A DNA stretch of 64,000 nt from Mobula hypostoma (Eukaryota), in the NCBI RefSeq assembly GCF_963921235.1, contig NC_086108.1, positions 34,288,001 through 34,352,000 of the forward strand, read 5' to 3'. The notes below the pieces were generated by a model. The model ran no database searches, was not told where the DNA came from, and worked only from the letters and a program-made list of their open reading frames with translations. The translations under genes and the position numbers were made by a program. Positions 1 through 11,842 of the stretch are shown piece after piece. Every line of letters starts with the position of its first letter. Position 1 is the first letter of the stretch.

Positions 1-1682
1 ATTGATTCCCTGTGGGTCTGGTTAACAATTATGTTACTAGCTCAAGTGATTCTGAAGGCTGCATGCCATTTTGCTGGACAGCATTCTAACTAACAACTTC
101 TCTTTGAAGTAACTGGGTAATGAAGTGTAAGCCAATTGTGCTGAGGTATTTATAAGCTGCTTAAAAATGTTTCAAATACAACTACTTTCCATGTTCACTT
201 ACTGCTGGAAATGTACTATGGCTTTTGAAAACCTTCAGAGAACTCTCAGAACATAACATCCCCAAAACTTTGCAATAATCATATTGGAAATTCCAAAAAG
301 ATGTCAGTCAGGGAGGATGCTATGCTACATTATAATAGAGGGTGATGATATTGGGTTCACCATCCGGAAGCCCTAAACTCAAAAGGAGATTTTAAGCCCT
401 ATCCAATATAGCCATCTATGGGTACCCTCACTATAACGAGTTTATGCTGTGTCCAGCTAGTCAACAAAGACTAGCTTACTTCCCTGTCCAGTCTTTAGCT
501 GCCAATACCCACTACTTGAGTGATGGGTCCCTCCTCTCTACCAAGAAGGAAATATTTCCAGTTAATGAAGTAGTTTAAATGTTGATTAGTTTATTCTTAA
601 TTATACATGTTTTAATTTCGACAAATAGTTCTTAACATACATTTAAAACTCACAGAGTGTTTCTCATTGATAAAGTATTTCTGAATTACATAAGATTTAT
701 AATTTCTAAACACAGGTACAATTCTTACAAACTAAAAGAATGTACCAGCGATTTGAGCCAAACAAATCATCCGTCCCAGAAACGAAAGGTTGAGAAATGT
801 ATTCTAGTTCTTCTCTCTGTTCCCCCGACCTTCTGCCATTCTCCTTGTCATTCCTAACAATCTCCAGTTCTTGCTATTACCGTTTTTCTATAGGTTGATA
901 TTATTTGCATGTGACGTTTTTCGGGTACCTTTGCTGGGACAAAGTAATTCACGCAGATGGTCTATAAAGTTTCTGCGGCTAGAGATCCCAAACACACAAA
1001 ATAAATTAATGCTGTGAGGGCTGACTCTCTGAATACACAAATATCCCAACTATTGATTGATCATACCAGAGATCATGTTTGTACAAAGTGACAACATCAG
1101 TCTGGTTTGCAAGCATCCTTGAATTAAATAACTTAGCCAGCATTGGCTGGTTCGATGCTGGCCAATTAACATTACCCCACTGTCTTACGTTGATTAAACA
1201 TAGGCCTACTATACTTCATTGCTTACTTGTTTTCAACAAGCAAGGAATATTGGTGAGGTTTAACTTTGTTACAAACAACTCTGATTATTGGAAAGTTAAT
1301 GCTGCTGTACTAGAAAGCTGAATTCTGCAATAAGCCTCTTGGGCTCTGGAGATATCCAACCCAGCAGAAATAGAATCTTTGCAATGGGAGTTTGCCCTTC
1401 ATCCACAAAAAGAATGGGAGAAAAACATGAGGGTGAGTAAACCACAGTCAATGTCTCAGGAAAAAGGGGGAAGAATGACAAGAGTGCAAAATGAGCTCCT
1501 CTAAACTCCAGAAAAAAAATCATTCCTTATCCTCTGGACCTGCAGTCTGAAGACATGGTGTCCCAGCTCTATCCTCCCTGGTGCAGCAGTTTGTCTCCAA
1601 GCACTCACCCCATTTTCATCAGAAGTGGGAGTGAGGAGGCTGCACACAAATTGCACGCACACATCATTTGAAATCTACACCT

Positions 1683-1712
1683 AAACAACAGGAATTCTGC
1701 AGATGCTGGAAA
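1683..1712 (-). mobile_element. 30-bp Penelope-like (PLE) 3'-terminal fragment with 15-bp TSD
   Basis: TTGAAATCTACACCT at 1668-1682 and 1713-1727 flanks a 30-bp insert whose reverse complement (ttccagcatctgcagaattcctg) matches the PLE terminus at ~22540-22562. Confidence 0.8.
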
Positions 1713-2085
1713 TTGAAATCTACACCTTCTTGTTTTAGTGCAATAAAATCAGAAAATGTTGGGAATTTTTGGCAGGTAGGGCACATTCTGTAGAAAGAAA
1801 AGCAAAGTTAATGCCTATTGCTGAAAATCATTCTTTGGAATTAGGAAAATAACAAAACAATTTAAGTTGCAGGGAGAGTGATAGCTGGATAGTTAAGAGA
1901 GAGAATATTGGTGATAGGGTGAAGCAATTTTTTACAGAGCTGTTTGGTTAAAAGATTAATGAGGGCAGTTGGAGAGAGAGTCAATGAAAATACTTTTCAA
2001 AGCAGTGAAATGCAAGAGCTGGTGCTTGAAACTAAAACCAGAAGAATAATGCTGGGAATGCCCAGCATATCAAGTAGGTTCCATG

Positions 2086-2200
2086 GAGGAAGAGAGAGAG
2101 AGAGAGAAAGATAGAGAGGGGGGGGGACAGAGAGTTAGAGAGAGAGATAGAAAGTGATAGAGTGAGAGAGATCAAGAGAGAGTGATAGAGAGAGAGAGAA
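2086..2200. repeat. Imperfect (GA)n microsatellite
   Basis: Direct reading. Confidence 0.9.
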
Positions 2201-2679
2201 ATTAATATTACAGATAGATTTCTGCTCATTTTTGTGCTTATGGGTCCTAAAGTCAGTGCAAAACCTTAGACTGCAAATGCTCTTTCAAACAGACACCATC
2301 ATTAAGGACCTTCAACATCCAGAGGTGCCCTCTGCATTACTACCATTGGGTTGGAGATAATGAAGCCTGAAAACTCACATCCCATGATTCAGAAATAGCT
2401 TCTTCTTTTCTGCCAGCAGATTCCTGAACAGTCCATGAACCCATGAATGCAAAGTCATTATTCTTTTTTCCGCTATTTAATTATTTTGTAATTTATAGTA
2501 ATTTTATGTCTTGCACTGTATTACAGCAAAATCCACATCATATAAGAGAGTGATGATACTCCTGATTCTGAACCTAAGTGTGCTATCCAGTTAGGTGCTG
2601 TTTCTCCCTGCACATGAAAAAACTCTGATCACCTGAATGTAGTAATGTGCGGATGCCAGTCCTAAAGCTGATGATTAGT

Positions 2680-3110
2680 CTGCCTCCATCATCATGGACC
2701 CCCACCATTCAGGCCATGCTCCCTTCTCATGGCTACCATCAGGAAAGCAGTACAGGAGCCTCACCAGGTTCAGGAACAGTCACTACCCCTCAAGCATCAG
2801 GCTCTTGAACCGAGAGAATAACTTCACTCAATTTCACTCACTCCATTACAGGACCATTCCCACAACCTATGGACTCACTTTAAAGAACTTTCCATCTCAT
2901 GTTCTCACTATTTATTGTTTGTTTATTTATTATTTCTCTTCTTGTATTTGCAATTCTTTTGCACATTGGTGTTTGTCCATCTTGTTGGGTAAATCTTTCC
3001 CTGATTCTATTGTATTTCTTTGTGCTTACTGTGAATGTCTGCAAGAAAATGAATCCCAGGGATGTATATGGTGACCTATGTACTTTGATAACAAATTTAC
3101 TTTGAACTTT
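2680..3110 (+). mobile_element. Rex1/Babar-type LINE 3' fragment (a further fragment at ~2285-2570)
   Basis: DPHHSGHAPFSWLPSGKQYRSL..RFRNSHYPSSIRLLN is homologous to the C-terminus of the Rex1 ORF at 28026-28256; (TTTGAAC)-type tail. Confidence 0.75.
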
Positions 3111-3229
3111 GCAATGTTACATAACCAGAAGCTCAGCCAGGAGTGAAACAAATGGAAGTGATTTTTTGAGCTCTGGTCTGCAGCTACAGAGAAGGCTCCC
3201 AAAAATGGACAGCTCATGCCCAAGAAGTA

Positions 3230-4030
3230 ATTCAAAGGTACATTTAATGTCAGAGAAATGATTACAATATAGTACATCCTGAAATGCTTTTCCTTCGCAA
3301 CCATCCACGAAAACAGAGGAGTGCCCCAAAGAATGAACAACAGTTAAATGTTAGAACCCCAAAATCACCCCCAAGCTCCCCCCTCCCACGTGTAAGCAGC
3401 AGCAAGCAATGATCCTCCTCTCCCCACCGGCAAAAAAAAACATCAGCACCCATCACCGAGCACTCAAGCATGAGCAAAGCAACAGTAAAGACACAGACTT
3501 GCAGTACTCCAAAGTCTACATTTGTTCGCCCTGCATTCAACTTACCCCAGGCTCTCTCTCTCTCCCTAAAAAGGGAGAAAGAGATGTCTCCATTTCACAG
3601 CGAGAGGGGTGACATAACAAACAATTCGCTGGTTTACAACGTTAAATGTCCATTGTGTTGCTTTTTCGAGCTCTATGCCCAAAGCTCTCAGGTGTCTGGG
3701 CACACAGCCAAAGATATTCCAGCTCCCACGACACACCGGTCTGGGACACCCACCTTTGATCCATCCGTCTCCAGAGCCCCGAGATCCTAGGCCTCCAAAG
3801 GCGAGCCGAACTCTTCGGCCGAGCCCTTGGTGTGCTGAACAATAGCCAGTTGTGAAACCCCAACAGTGGGTCCCATTCCCGCAAAGAACTGTAGTCAGCA
3901 TGTAACTCCAGGTCAGGTCTTCAAAGGAACCCTGAAAGGAAAAAATAGAGATATTAAAGATGGAAATAAAGCTGCTTCCAAAGATTCAAGCAAAGGAGAC
4001 ACGGTTTAGCACCATCATCACTTCGCTCAC
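3230..4030 (-). mobile_element. Non-autonomous retroelement with Rex1-like 3' tail
   Basis: Its minus-strand 3' end (..aaatgtacctttgaa) resembles the Rex1-type tails at ~3100 and ~44150; non-coding body. Confidence 0.4.
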
Positions 4031-4325
4031 CCCTTCCAAGCAGAATTTAATCCATCTGGAAACATTTTTTAACAATCCATCAGTGGAAAGCTTTGAATGC
4101 AAATCAGTCAAGCTTAATTACTTTTTAGAAAGAAGGATGCACTTGAAGTCACTACTTCTGCAAAATAAAAGCAAATAAAAGACACACTCATGAATGCAAC
4201 AGTGGTCACAAGGAAACAACGTGAACATTGCTTCTTTTGTAAATAGACTTTGTAGTTGGGGAGCTTGCGCAGTTACGTTTTTGTTAGATTGCATTTTGTA
4301 TGTCTCTTTGTTCTTGTGTTGAAGA

Positions 4326-4885
4326 TGCCATATTCTGGTGGTACGGTTACCCAAAGCCCAATTGCCAATTACCATCAACATATCGCTAGGGGTCCCGACA
4401 CACTCAACCACTGTAACACTGCAATTAGGAATGCCTACCATTCCATGCCTAGACCACATTTCAGGAAATCTGATCACTTAGCTGACCTTCTATATGAATA
4501 CAGATAGAGGCTTAAGTGTAAGGCTTCGGAGATCATTCTGTGATTCAGGTTTGGTCTGGAATTGCCACTTTGCATGTGAGATGGCCTTCTGGAGGTTATT
4601 ACTGGACTTCTTGTATTTTCCTTGTTTGCCAGTCCTGAACACCATCGATCTGGCCCTCAGAAGATTACAGATTTCTTGGTTCATCCAGGGCTTCTGCCTG
4701 GGGAAGACTCTGAATGAATTTGTATGGACACACCTGTCCGTGGGTGTCTTTATAAAGTCTGTGACCACTGTGATATATTCATTCAGGTCCTCTGATGAGT
4801 CCCTGAATATGGGTCAGTCCACCAACTTGAAACAATCCTGCATCTGTACCTCTGCCTCCTGCGACCACCTCTTTGTTGTTTCAGG
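4326..4885. pseudogene. Rearranged Rex1/Babar endonuclease-linker fragments (+ then -)
   Basis: Plus strand: NYHQHIARGPDTLNHCNTAIRNAYHSMPRPHFRKSDH. Minus strand: VTDFIKTPTDRCVHTNSFRVFPRQKPWMNQEI. Both align to consecutive parts of the Rex1 ORF at 26150-26660. Confidence 0.8.
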
Positions 4886-4959
4886 TTAGTGGAGGCCATC
4901 AGTAGAGCAGAATATATTGCTAAGTTTACAGAGAGAGTGCAATAGAGGTAGACAATGAG

Positions 4960-5570
4960 GTACATTGTGAGGTCAAGAGTCCATCTTATGTTACAAGTGG
5001 TCGATACAACGGTCTTATAACAGTGGGATAGAATTGTCCTTGAAGCTGTTGTTATGTAATTTCAGGCATTTGTATCTTCTGCTGAAGGCAGGGGAGGGGG
5101 GAGTGAGAAGAGTGAATGTGTGGATTGGAAAGGGTTTGTGATAATGTTGTCTGCTTTGAGAAGTGTAGACTGAGTCCGTGGAGGGGAGGCTGGTTTCCTT
5201 GATGTGCTAAACTGCATCCACAGTTCTCTGCAGTTTCTTGTGGTCATGGGCAGAGTAGTTGCCGTACCAGGCCGTGATGCATCCAGATAGGATGTTTTCT
5301 GTGGCGCAACAATAAAAATTGGTGAGTGACAAATGGGACAGGACAAATTTCTTCAGCTTCCTGAGGAAGTAGAAGCTCTGATGCACTTGGTTGGCTGTGT
5401 CATGCATATGGCTAGACTTGGACAGGTTGTCAGTGATGATCATTCCTGGGAACTTGCTGCTTTCAATCTTGGCACCATTGGTGTAAACAGGAGATTGCAC
5501 AGTGCCCCATTTCCTGAGGTCAATAAATGGCTCTTTTGTTTTGCTGACATTGAAAGAAAGGTTTTGTCAG
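4960..5570 (-). mobile_element. Rex1/Babar LINE 3' fragment
   Basis: HQSFYFLRKLKKFVLSHLSLTNFYCCATENILSGCITAWYG motif. Confidence 0.85.
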
Positions 5571-5600
5571 CACAACATACTGTACATATGCACATGCAAT

Positions 5601-6003
5601 CATCGTCGTTGTGGCTATCCCTCGAGGTTGAGGATGATGGTCTTCATTCTGAAGAAGTGTGCATGTATTTGTTTAATGTGTACTTGATGTTGCACTCCAA
5701 GAAGCACACGATACTTCACAAGTCAACGAACTGATTCCAATGGCATGGAAACCACGACGATTGGAGCTGATGGATTTGTTGCAGCCTTCATCCGCCTTCA
5801 CAGCCGTTGAGTTCGAAGTAACTTCGTCCGCCTGTTCCGCCGTTGAGGTCTTAGTTGGATTGTTCTTTGTCAGGGACCTCACTCTCGACCTTACCGCCAT
5901 GGGTGACCCTACCAGGAGCATAGCTCCAGACGGCATTGCTCTCGGGATCACAGGACCAGACTAGCTTCTCCACCACGACAAGGTGACAATCCATGGAGAA
6001 GAT
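5601..6003 (-). mobile_element. Short non-autonomous RTE-like retroelement with 10-bp TSD
   Basis: CACATGCAAT at 5591-5600 and 6004-6013; minus-strand 3' end in acgacgatg short repeats. RTE assignment is from recall of RTE 5'-UTR-like sequence. Confidence 0.6.
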
Positions 6004-6013
6004 CACATGCAAT

Positions 6014-6470
6014 ATATACAGAAACGCACATGCATATGTGCAAAAAGGAGCTGGAAAAGGGCCAGTAACATCATGAAGGATCACACCCACCTTGTTCTTG
6101 GACTGTTTGTCCCAGTCACATCAGGGAGAAGGCTATGTAGCATCCAAGCCTGGAGCACAAGACTCAAAAACAGCAAGACTGACCAATACCTTCACCCTCC
6201 AACTCACCCCTCCACACTCCCAACCACCACTGTTTTGTAATTTCCTGTCAGTCACCTGGACACTTCTGTGCCTAGCATCACTTTATGGGCAAACAATAAA
6301 TTTATGTATATAAGCTATCTTATGTATTTATATATATTTTTTTTACTATTGCATTCTTCAGCTTATTGTGACTGGGTTGCATTGAGCCAGAGTAACAATT
6401 ATTTTGTTCTCCTTTACACTTGTGTACTGGAAGTGACATTAAACAATCTTAAATTTTGTATCTTGAATAG
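6014..6470 (+). mobile_element. Rex1/Babar LINE 3' fragment
   Basis: KRASNIMKDHTHLVLGLFVPVTSGRRLCSIQ..RLKNS matches the Rex1 C-terminus. Confidence 0.7.
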
Positions 6471-6893
6471 CACAAGTCGATCTCCTTCTTGTACTTTGAC
6501 TCCTGGTTATTTAAGGCACGGCGCACTCTGGTGGTGTCATCTACAAATTTACATTTGGTGCGAGAGCAGAATCTGGTCACCCAGCCCTAAGTGTATAGGG
6601 GGCAATTTAGGAGACTGAAGATGCTGCCTTGTGGTGTATCATTTTTCAGGAGGTGTCACCGCCAATCAGGGTCACAGAGCAATACAGCACCGATGAAGGG
6701 CCTTCAGCAGACCATGGCGGGCACCCAACAAGTTCTAATTTCCTGAATTCTGCTCATATCTTTCTAAGCCTCACCCTCTATCCACCTATCCAAATGCTTC
6801 TTAAAGGATACTACTGTACCTGCCGCAATGGCTTCCTCTGGCAGCTCATTCAATATACTACTCACCCTTCGCATGAAAACATTGTCCCTCAGC

Positions 6894-9800
6894 CAGGGAT
6901 GTGTCCATGGAAAATAGCGCCCATGGCAAGCACTGAAACTGCGCTCCTGTCCAAACATCTGACACCCATCTTTTAGATAACTTTACCATAAATCAGCTCA
7001 AAAATACAAGTCAAGCTCGTTAATCTTTTAATTAACGAATTATGGCACTACATGAAAATTATAACTGCACCTTCCTTGCTTTCACTGATGCAAATTGGTC
7101 TATGATGTGATCAAAGTCAGTTTTTTCAGTTTCTTCTCTTTCTACGCTCAGCAGAGCAAGATCACAGAGTCTGCCTTGAGCCATGGAGGCTCTCAGATAT
7201 GAAAGTATTAGTTTTAATTTGCTGAATGATCCCTCACAGCTGGCGATGGTTAGCATTATCTGAATAGCAATGCGAAGATTGGGGAAGACGCTCTCATCTC
7301 CATACTGAATAATAAATTGAAGAAGCTCTTCAAGTCTTGATATTTTCATGTTGACCCGCCTTGATAGCAACATTCTGGAATCCAAAATTTCTTCATATAG
7401 CTGCTGTCCATCAACATCAGAGCTGCACAATTCGCCCAAATTTTTGCACTTCTTCTTTAGGTCATTACTGTTGGCGCCGTAACACAGTCCCTCGACATCG
7501 AGAAGGAACCCAAACTTGGCGTCAGTGTCATGCAGACGAGCGAACCTTTCATCCAATTCTATGTGAAGACGGTCAAGTGTTCCCTGCATGACTCTTCCCA
7601 TTTCCTCCTTAGCTATTAACCCAGCATCTCTCGAGTTCTCATCAGCCACTCATTTCTTTTGTCTCTGACGTCCTTCAACTTCAATATTCCATTATCGACA
7701 GAGACCGACTCCTTCTTCAGGTGACTCACTGACCAACACTTCTCTTTCATCATAAAAATGATCTCGGAGGGCTTTCAAATCCAGGGCAGCATCGTGGAAG
7801 TTCATGCTAGGATCCTGCAGCCTCTTTTGAATATGGTCAATGCGAATGAGTACTTTGTTCCAAAATCCTAGCAAAATCAGAAAATCGTAACTCAACATGT
7901 GGTTGTACAGCTGTCTTGCATCACTTCTTGTTTCGCTGGTCTCGTTTTCATTGTCTATCATGTCCTGGAGAACTTGAAGTATCTCCTCAAGGTACTTGTT
8001 GACGGGCTTCACTGCTTCTGTCCCTGCACTCCACCTGGTTTCGGACTCCGACTTAACAACCACGGGCACAGCGTTTTTGAGTTTTTCCCAGCGCTGTGTT
8101 GAATGAGAGAAAAACACATAGAGAGCTTCAATGGTTCCAAAAAATGTGACCATTATTGTATCCTGCTTGGCTGCATGTACACCCACCAAGTTGAGTGAGT
8201 GATTGTCGCAATTCACAAACACTGCCAGGTTGTTTTTCTCACTTATTCTTTGATGAACACCAATTCTGTGTCCGGCCATCACAGCAGCATTGTCATAGCA
8301 CTGTGACCAACAATCTTATAGCTCCATTTCATCCTTCTCTAGCTGTTTCCAGATGTCTTCAACCATGCTCTCAGCATCCTTCTGGCTTACCTGGATAAAA
8401 CTAACATGGACTGTTTTCCTCTCAAAATCAACTTCCACGTACCTCACTATTTCTGACATCTGCTCATGGTGTACCTAATCAAGAGTCAAGTCAAACATGA
8501 GACCATAATACTTGGCTTTACGAATGCTTCTCAGTAAACTCTGGTGAACAGTGGATGCCATCAAATGGATGAATTTGTTTTGGACATCCAGTGAAAGATA
8601 AGACGTGGATCCAGGATGACTTTCCAAATGAGTGAGGTATTCTTTTATGACAGGGTCAAAGATGGCCAGTAGTTTCAATAAGCCGAGGAAATTTCCCACA
8701 TTGGAGTCATCGTCCAGCTGAAGTGACTCCCTGTGTCCTCACAAAGCCAGGTTCTGAGTCGCAAGGAATTTTATGCAGTGAAGGATTCTCATCAAGATAT
8801 CACACCACTTCTGCTTTTTCTTCTCAATCTGTAACTGAAATATCGCGTCAATAACTCCTCTGTTTCCAGATAAATTTCTTTCCATTTCTTTCCACTGTGT
8901 GAAGCATTCCTGATGATTCTTGGCATTTTCATGAACACTAATCCCTTCAGGTGCTTTCCACTGGTTGAATCCACTTTCCTGCTCCAATGAGGATTGATGG
9001 TCTGACCGGGAATAGAGAAGACAGCAGATACAAAATGCAGACTTTTTAGAAGGGGAATAGACCAGCCATGAGCGAGTCACGTCCTCACCACGACCATTTC
9101 CCAATTTCCTCTTGAACCAAGTTTTGTTCATTGAGCGGTTATTTGTTGATAGGAAAGGCTCCTCACTGTCCTGGAAATAATTCAAACCCAGCTTTATTAT
9201 TTCTGTTCTGAACGCGTCAGGCAGAATTGCTTTTCCAGTATCCTTGTTGAACTTCAGAAGTCCAATGTCATGCTGTTCAATTACTTCTGGTATGACAGTT
9301 CGAGGCTCTTTGACACCATCCAGTTCACCAGGTTCAGTGTCGTCAGGTTCAATCTCATCAGGTAAAATCTCGTTAATACTCTCAACACCACCACCAACAC
9401 CACCATCACATTCCCCTCCTGTCATGTCCACGTTCTCTGTGGCAGCCTCACTCTTAATCTCATCAAACTCGGATTTATCTGACTTGACTTCCTCCTCGGC
9501 TTGTGACGCATTTGTACTTGATCCACCTTCGATTCTAACAAACTTGTAGCAGGTGCAGGTGACTCCATAGAATGTGTCGAACTACTTGTTCCGGGCTTTT
9601 CAAAGAAGGGCATGAAGAACTTGCTGGACTTCTTGGCTTCCTCCGCCTCCAACTTTAGTCTCTTCTGTCCTTCAGCTCCACTTTCCTTCTTCTTCGTTTT
9701 ATGGTCTTCTTACACAATGCTCTGAAATACGACCATCCTAGTGCTTCTCACCCATGATAATCAAAGGCAGATCATACATCTAAAGAAAATTCTTTTTTCA

Positions 9801-9909
9801 CTATCCGAGGATGGCTTGTCTGACTTTAATAGAAACTACTCAGTGGTGCCCCCCTGCAAGTGGCACCCAGGGCAAGTGCCATACCTGCCATACCTTAGAT
9901 ACACCACTG
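6894..9909 (-). mobile_element. Full-length hAT DNA transposon
   Basis: 8-bp TSD CCCTCAGC (6886-6893) / CCCTCAGG (9910-9917); imperfect TIRs CAGGGATGTGTCCATGG vs CAGTGGTGTATCTAAGG (12/17); internal transposase. Confidence 0.9.
7059..9705 (-). pseudogene. hAT transposase pseudogene (ZMYM1-like/DUF4371 type with C-terminal dimerisation domain)
   Basis: Collinear ORF pieces: WLVYSPSKKSAFCICCLLY, GNFLGLLKLLA, YYGLMFD, VFVNCDNHSLNLV, SETRWS, ASCEGSFSKLKLILSYLRASMAQGRLCDLALLSVE; broken by stops and frameshifts. Confidence 0.92.
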
Positions 9910-9953
9910 CCCTCAGGTTCCTTTTAAATTTTTCCCCTCTCACCCTAGACCCT

Positions 9954-10330
9954 AGGGGTGGAGATACATCTCTATCAAAGGAGGTGAAAGGTGCTCCTTC
10001 CCTCCACTAGCCAGCAGGTCACCCTTAGTCAAGGTGTAGCACCTGCTTAGCCACTCCAATCAGAGTCACATGAAGTCATGGGAGCAGGTGGCGGATGGTT
10101 GTATGAGCAGCTGGTGCATACCACAAGTCCTGGTTATGCAACCACTGATACCAGGCAGAAAATCTCAAAAGAGTATTGATAATGGCTGGTGTCACCTGCC
10201 TTGTAAAGACACTACCCAGGAGAAGGAAATGGCAAACCACTTCTGTAGAAAACTTTGCCAAGAACAATCACGGTCATGGATAGACCATGATCGCCCACAT
10301 CATACAACAAAGCACAAAATGAATGAAGAA
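9954..10330 (+). mobile_element. RTE-derived non-autonomous element, copy 1
   Basis: Same ~370-bp sequence recurs at 11843-12830 and 58462-58834; contains GGAGAAGGAAATGGCAAACCACT; short-repeat tail. Confidence 0.75.
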
Positions 10331-10731
10331 TCCTGAAGGAAAAATATTATTGTTGCCTCTCATAATTTTAAACAGATTTTTTTATACTTCATTCTCCTAC
10401 ACTCCAAGGAATAAAGACCTAGTCTGGGAACTTCTCTTTATAACTTGTGCCCTCCAGAACTGGTAACATTCTCGCAAATCTTTTCTCTATTCTTTCCAGT
10501 TTAAACATGTCTTTTCTACAACAGGGTGATAAAAACTGTACACAGTACTCCAAGTGTGGCCTCACCATCGACTTGCTCTGACACATGGTCACCATCATCA
10601 TCCCCTTCTCATCTCCTCATCTCGTTTCCTCCTGTCCTCACTTCTCCCAGAGCCCAACCCTGGCTTCTGTTTGCTGAGTTTCAGGGATTCTGAAACCCTG
10701 ACTCACAAATAACCTGGCTCAAGGCCACAAT

Positions 10732-11686
10732 CTGGATGATGGGGTGGTAAATTGGATTAGTAAGTATGCAGATGATACTAAGATAGGTGGCATTGTGGAT
10801 GATGAGGTAGGTTTTCAAAGCTTGCAGAGAGATTTAGAACAGTTAGAAGAGTGGGCTGAAAGATGGCAGATGGAGTTTAATGCTGAAAAATGTGAGGTGC
10901 TACATTTTGGTAGGACTAATCAAAATAGGACATACATGGTAAATGGTAGGGCATTGAAGAATGCTGTAGAACGGAGGGATCTAGGAATATTGGTGCATAG
11001 TTCCCTGAAGGTGGAATCGCATGTGGATAGGGTGGTGAAGAAAGCTTTTGGTATGCTGGCCTTTATTAATCAGAGCATTGAGTGTAGGAGTTGGGATGTA
11101 ATGTTGAAATTGTATAAGGCATTGGTAAGGCCAAATTTGGAGTATTGTATACAGTTCTGGTCACCGAATTATAGGAAAGATGTCAATAAAGTTGAGAGAG
11201 TACGGAGGAGGTTTACTAAAATGTTGCCTGGGTTTCATCTCCTAAGTTACAGAGAAAGGTTGAACAAGTTGGGCCTTTATTCTTTGGAGCATAGAAGTTT
11301 GAGAGGGGACTTGATAGAGGTGTTTAAAATTATAAGGGGGATTGATTGAGTTGACATGAATAGGCTTTTTCCATTGAGAGTGGAGAAGATTCAAACAAGA
11401 GGACATGAGTTGAGAGTTAAGGGACAAAAGTTTAGGGGGAACTTCTTTACTCAGAGAGTGGTATCTGTGTGGAATGAGCTTCCAGCAGAAGTGGTTGAGG
11501 CATGTTCGATGTTGTCGTTTAAAGTTAAATTGGTTAGATATATGGACAGGAAAGGAATGGAGGGTTATTAGCTGAGTGCAGGTCGGTGGGACTAGGCGAG
11601 AGTAAGAGTTTGGCATGGACTAGAAGGGCCGAGATGGCCTGTTTCCGAGCTGTAATTGTTATATGGTTATATGGTTATATGGTTAT
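10732..11686 (+). mobile_element. 5'-truncated CR1 LINE (RT C-terminal part)
   Basis: ISKYADDTKIGG..KCEVLHFGR..LVRPNLEYCIQFWSP; 3' (GGTTATAT)n tail. Confidence 0.95.
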
Positions 11687-11842
11687 TCCTTAGCCACCCA
11701 CCCAGCCAATTACTCAACCATTCTCACCCTGACCATCTGGTAGTTGTGTGCCCTGGTCTGAAATTCCCCTGGATCACACTGCAATGAGGCAGTCTCTTCA
11801 GCTCATTATGTCCATGACAACCATCAAGTATTCATCTATAAC

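Larger units (their letters stand above)
6670..10590 (-). mobile_element. CR1 LINE 3' fragment interrupted by a hAT transposon and an RTE-derived element
   Basis: VRPHLEYCVQFLSPCCRKD (10419-10601) and RVSSILNELPEEAIAAGTVVSFKKHLDR (6764-6880). Sequence rejoins across the hAT TSD and matches the CR1 piece at ~12860-12912. Confidence 0.75.

Noticed and set aside
7059..9705. Host ZMYM1 or a domesticated transposase gene
   Set aside because: It has TIRs, a TSD and multiple stops and frameshifts, so it is a dead transposon copy.
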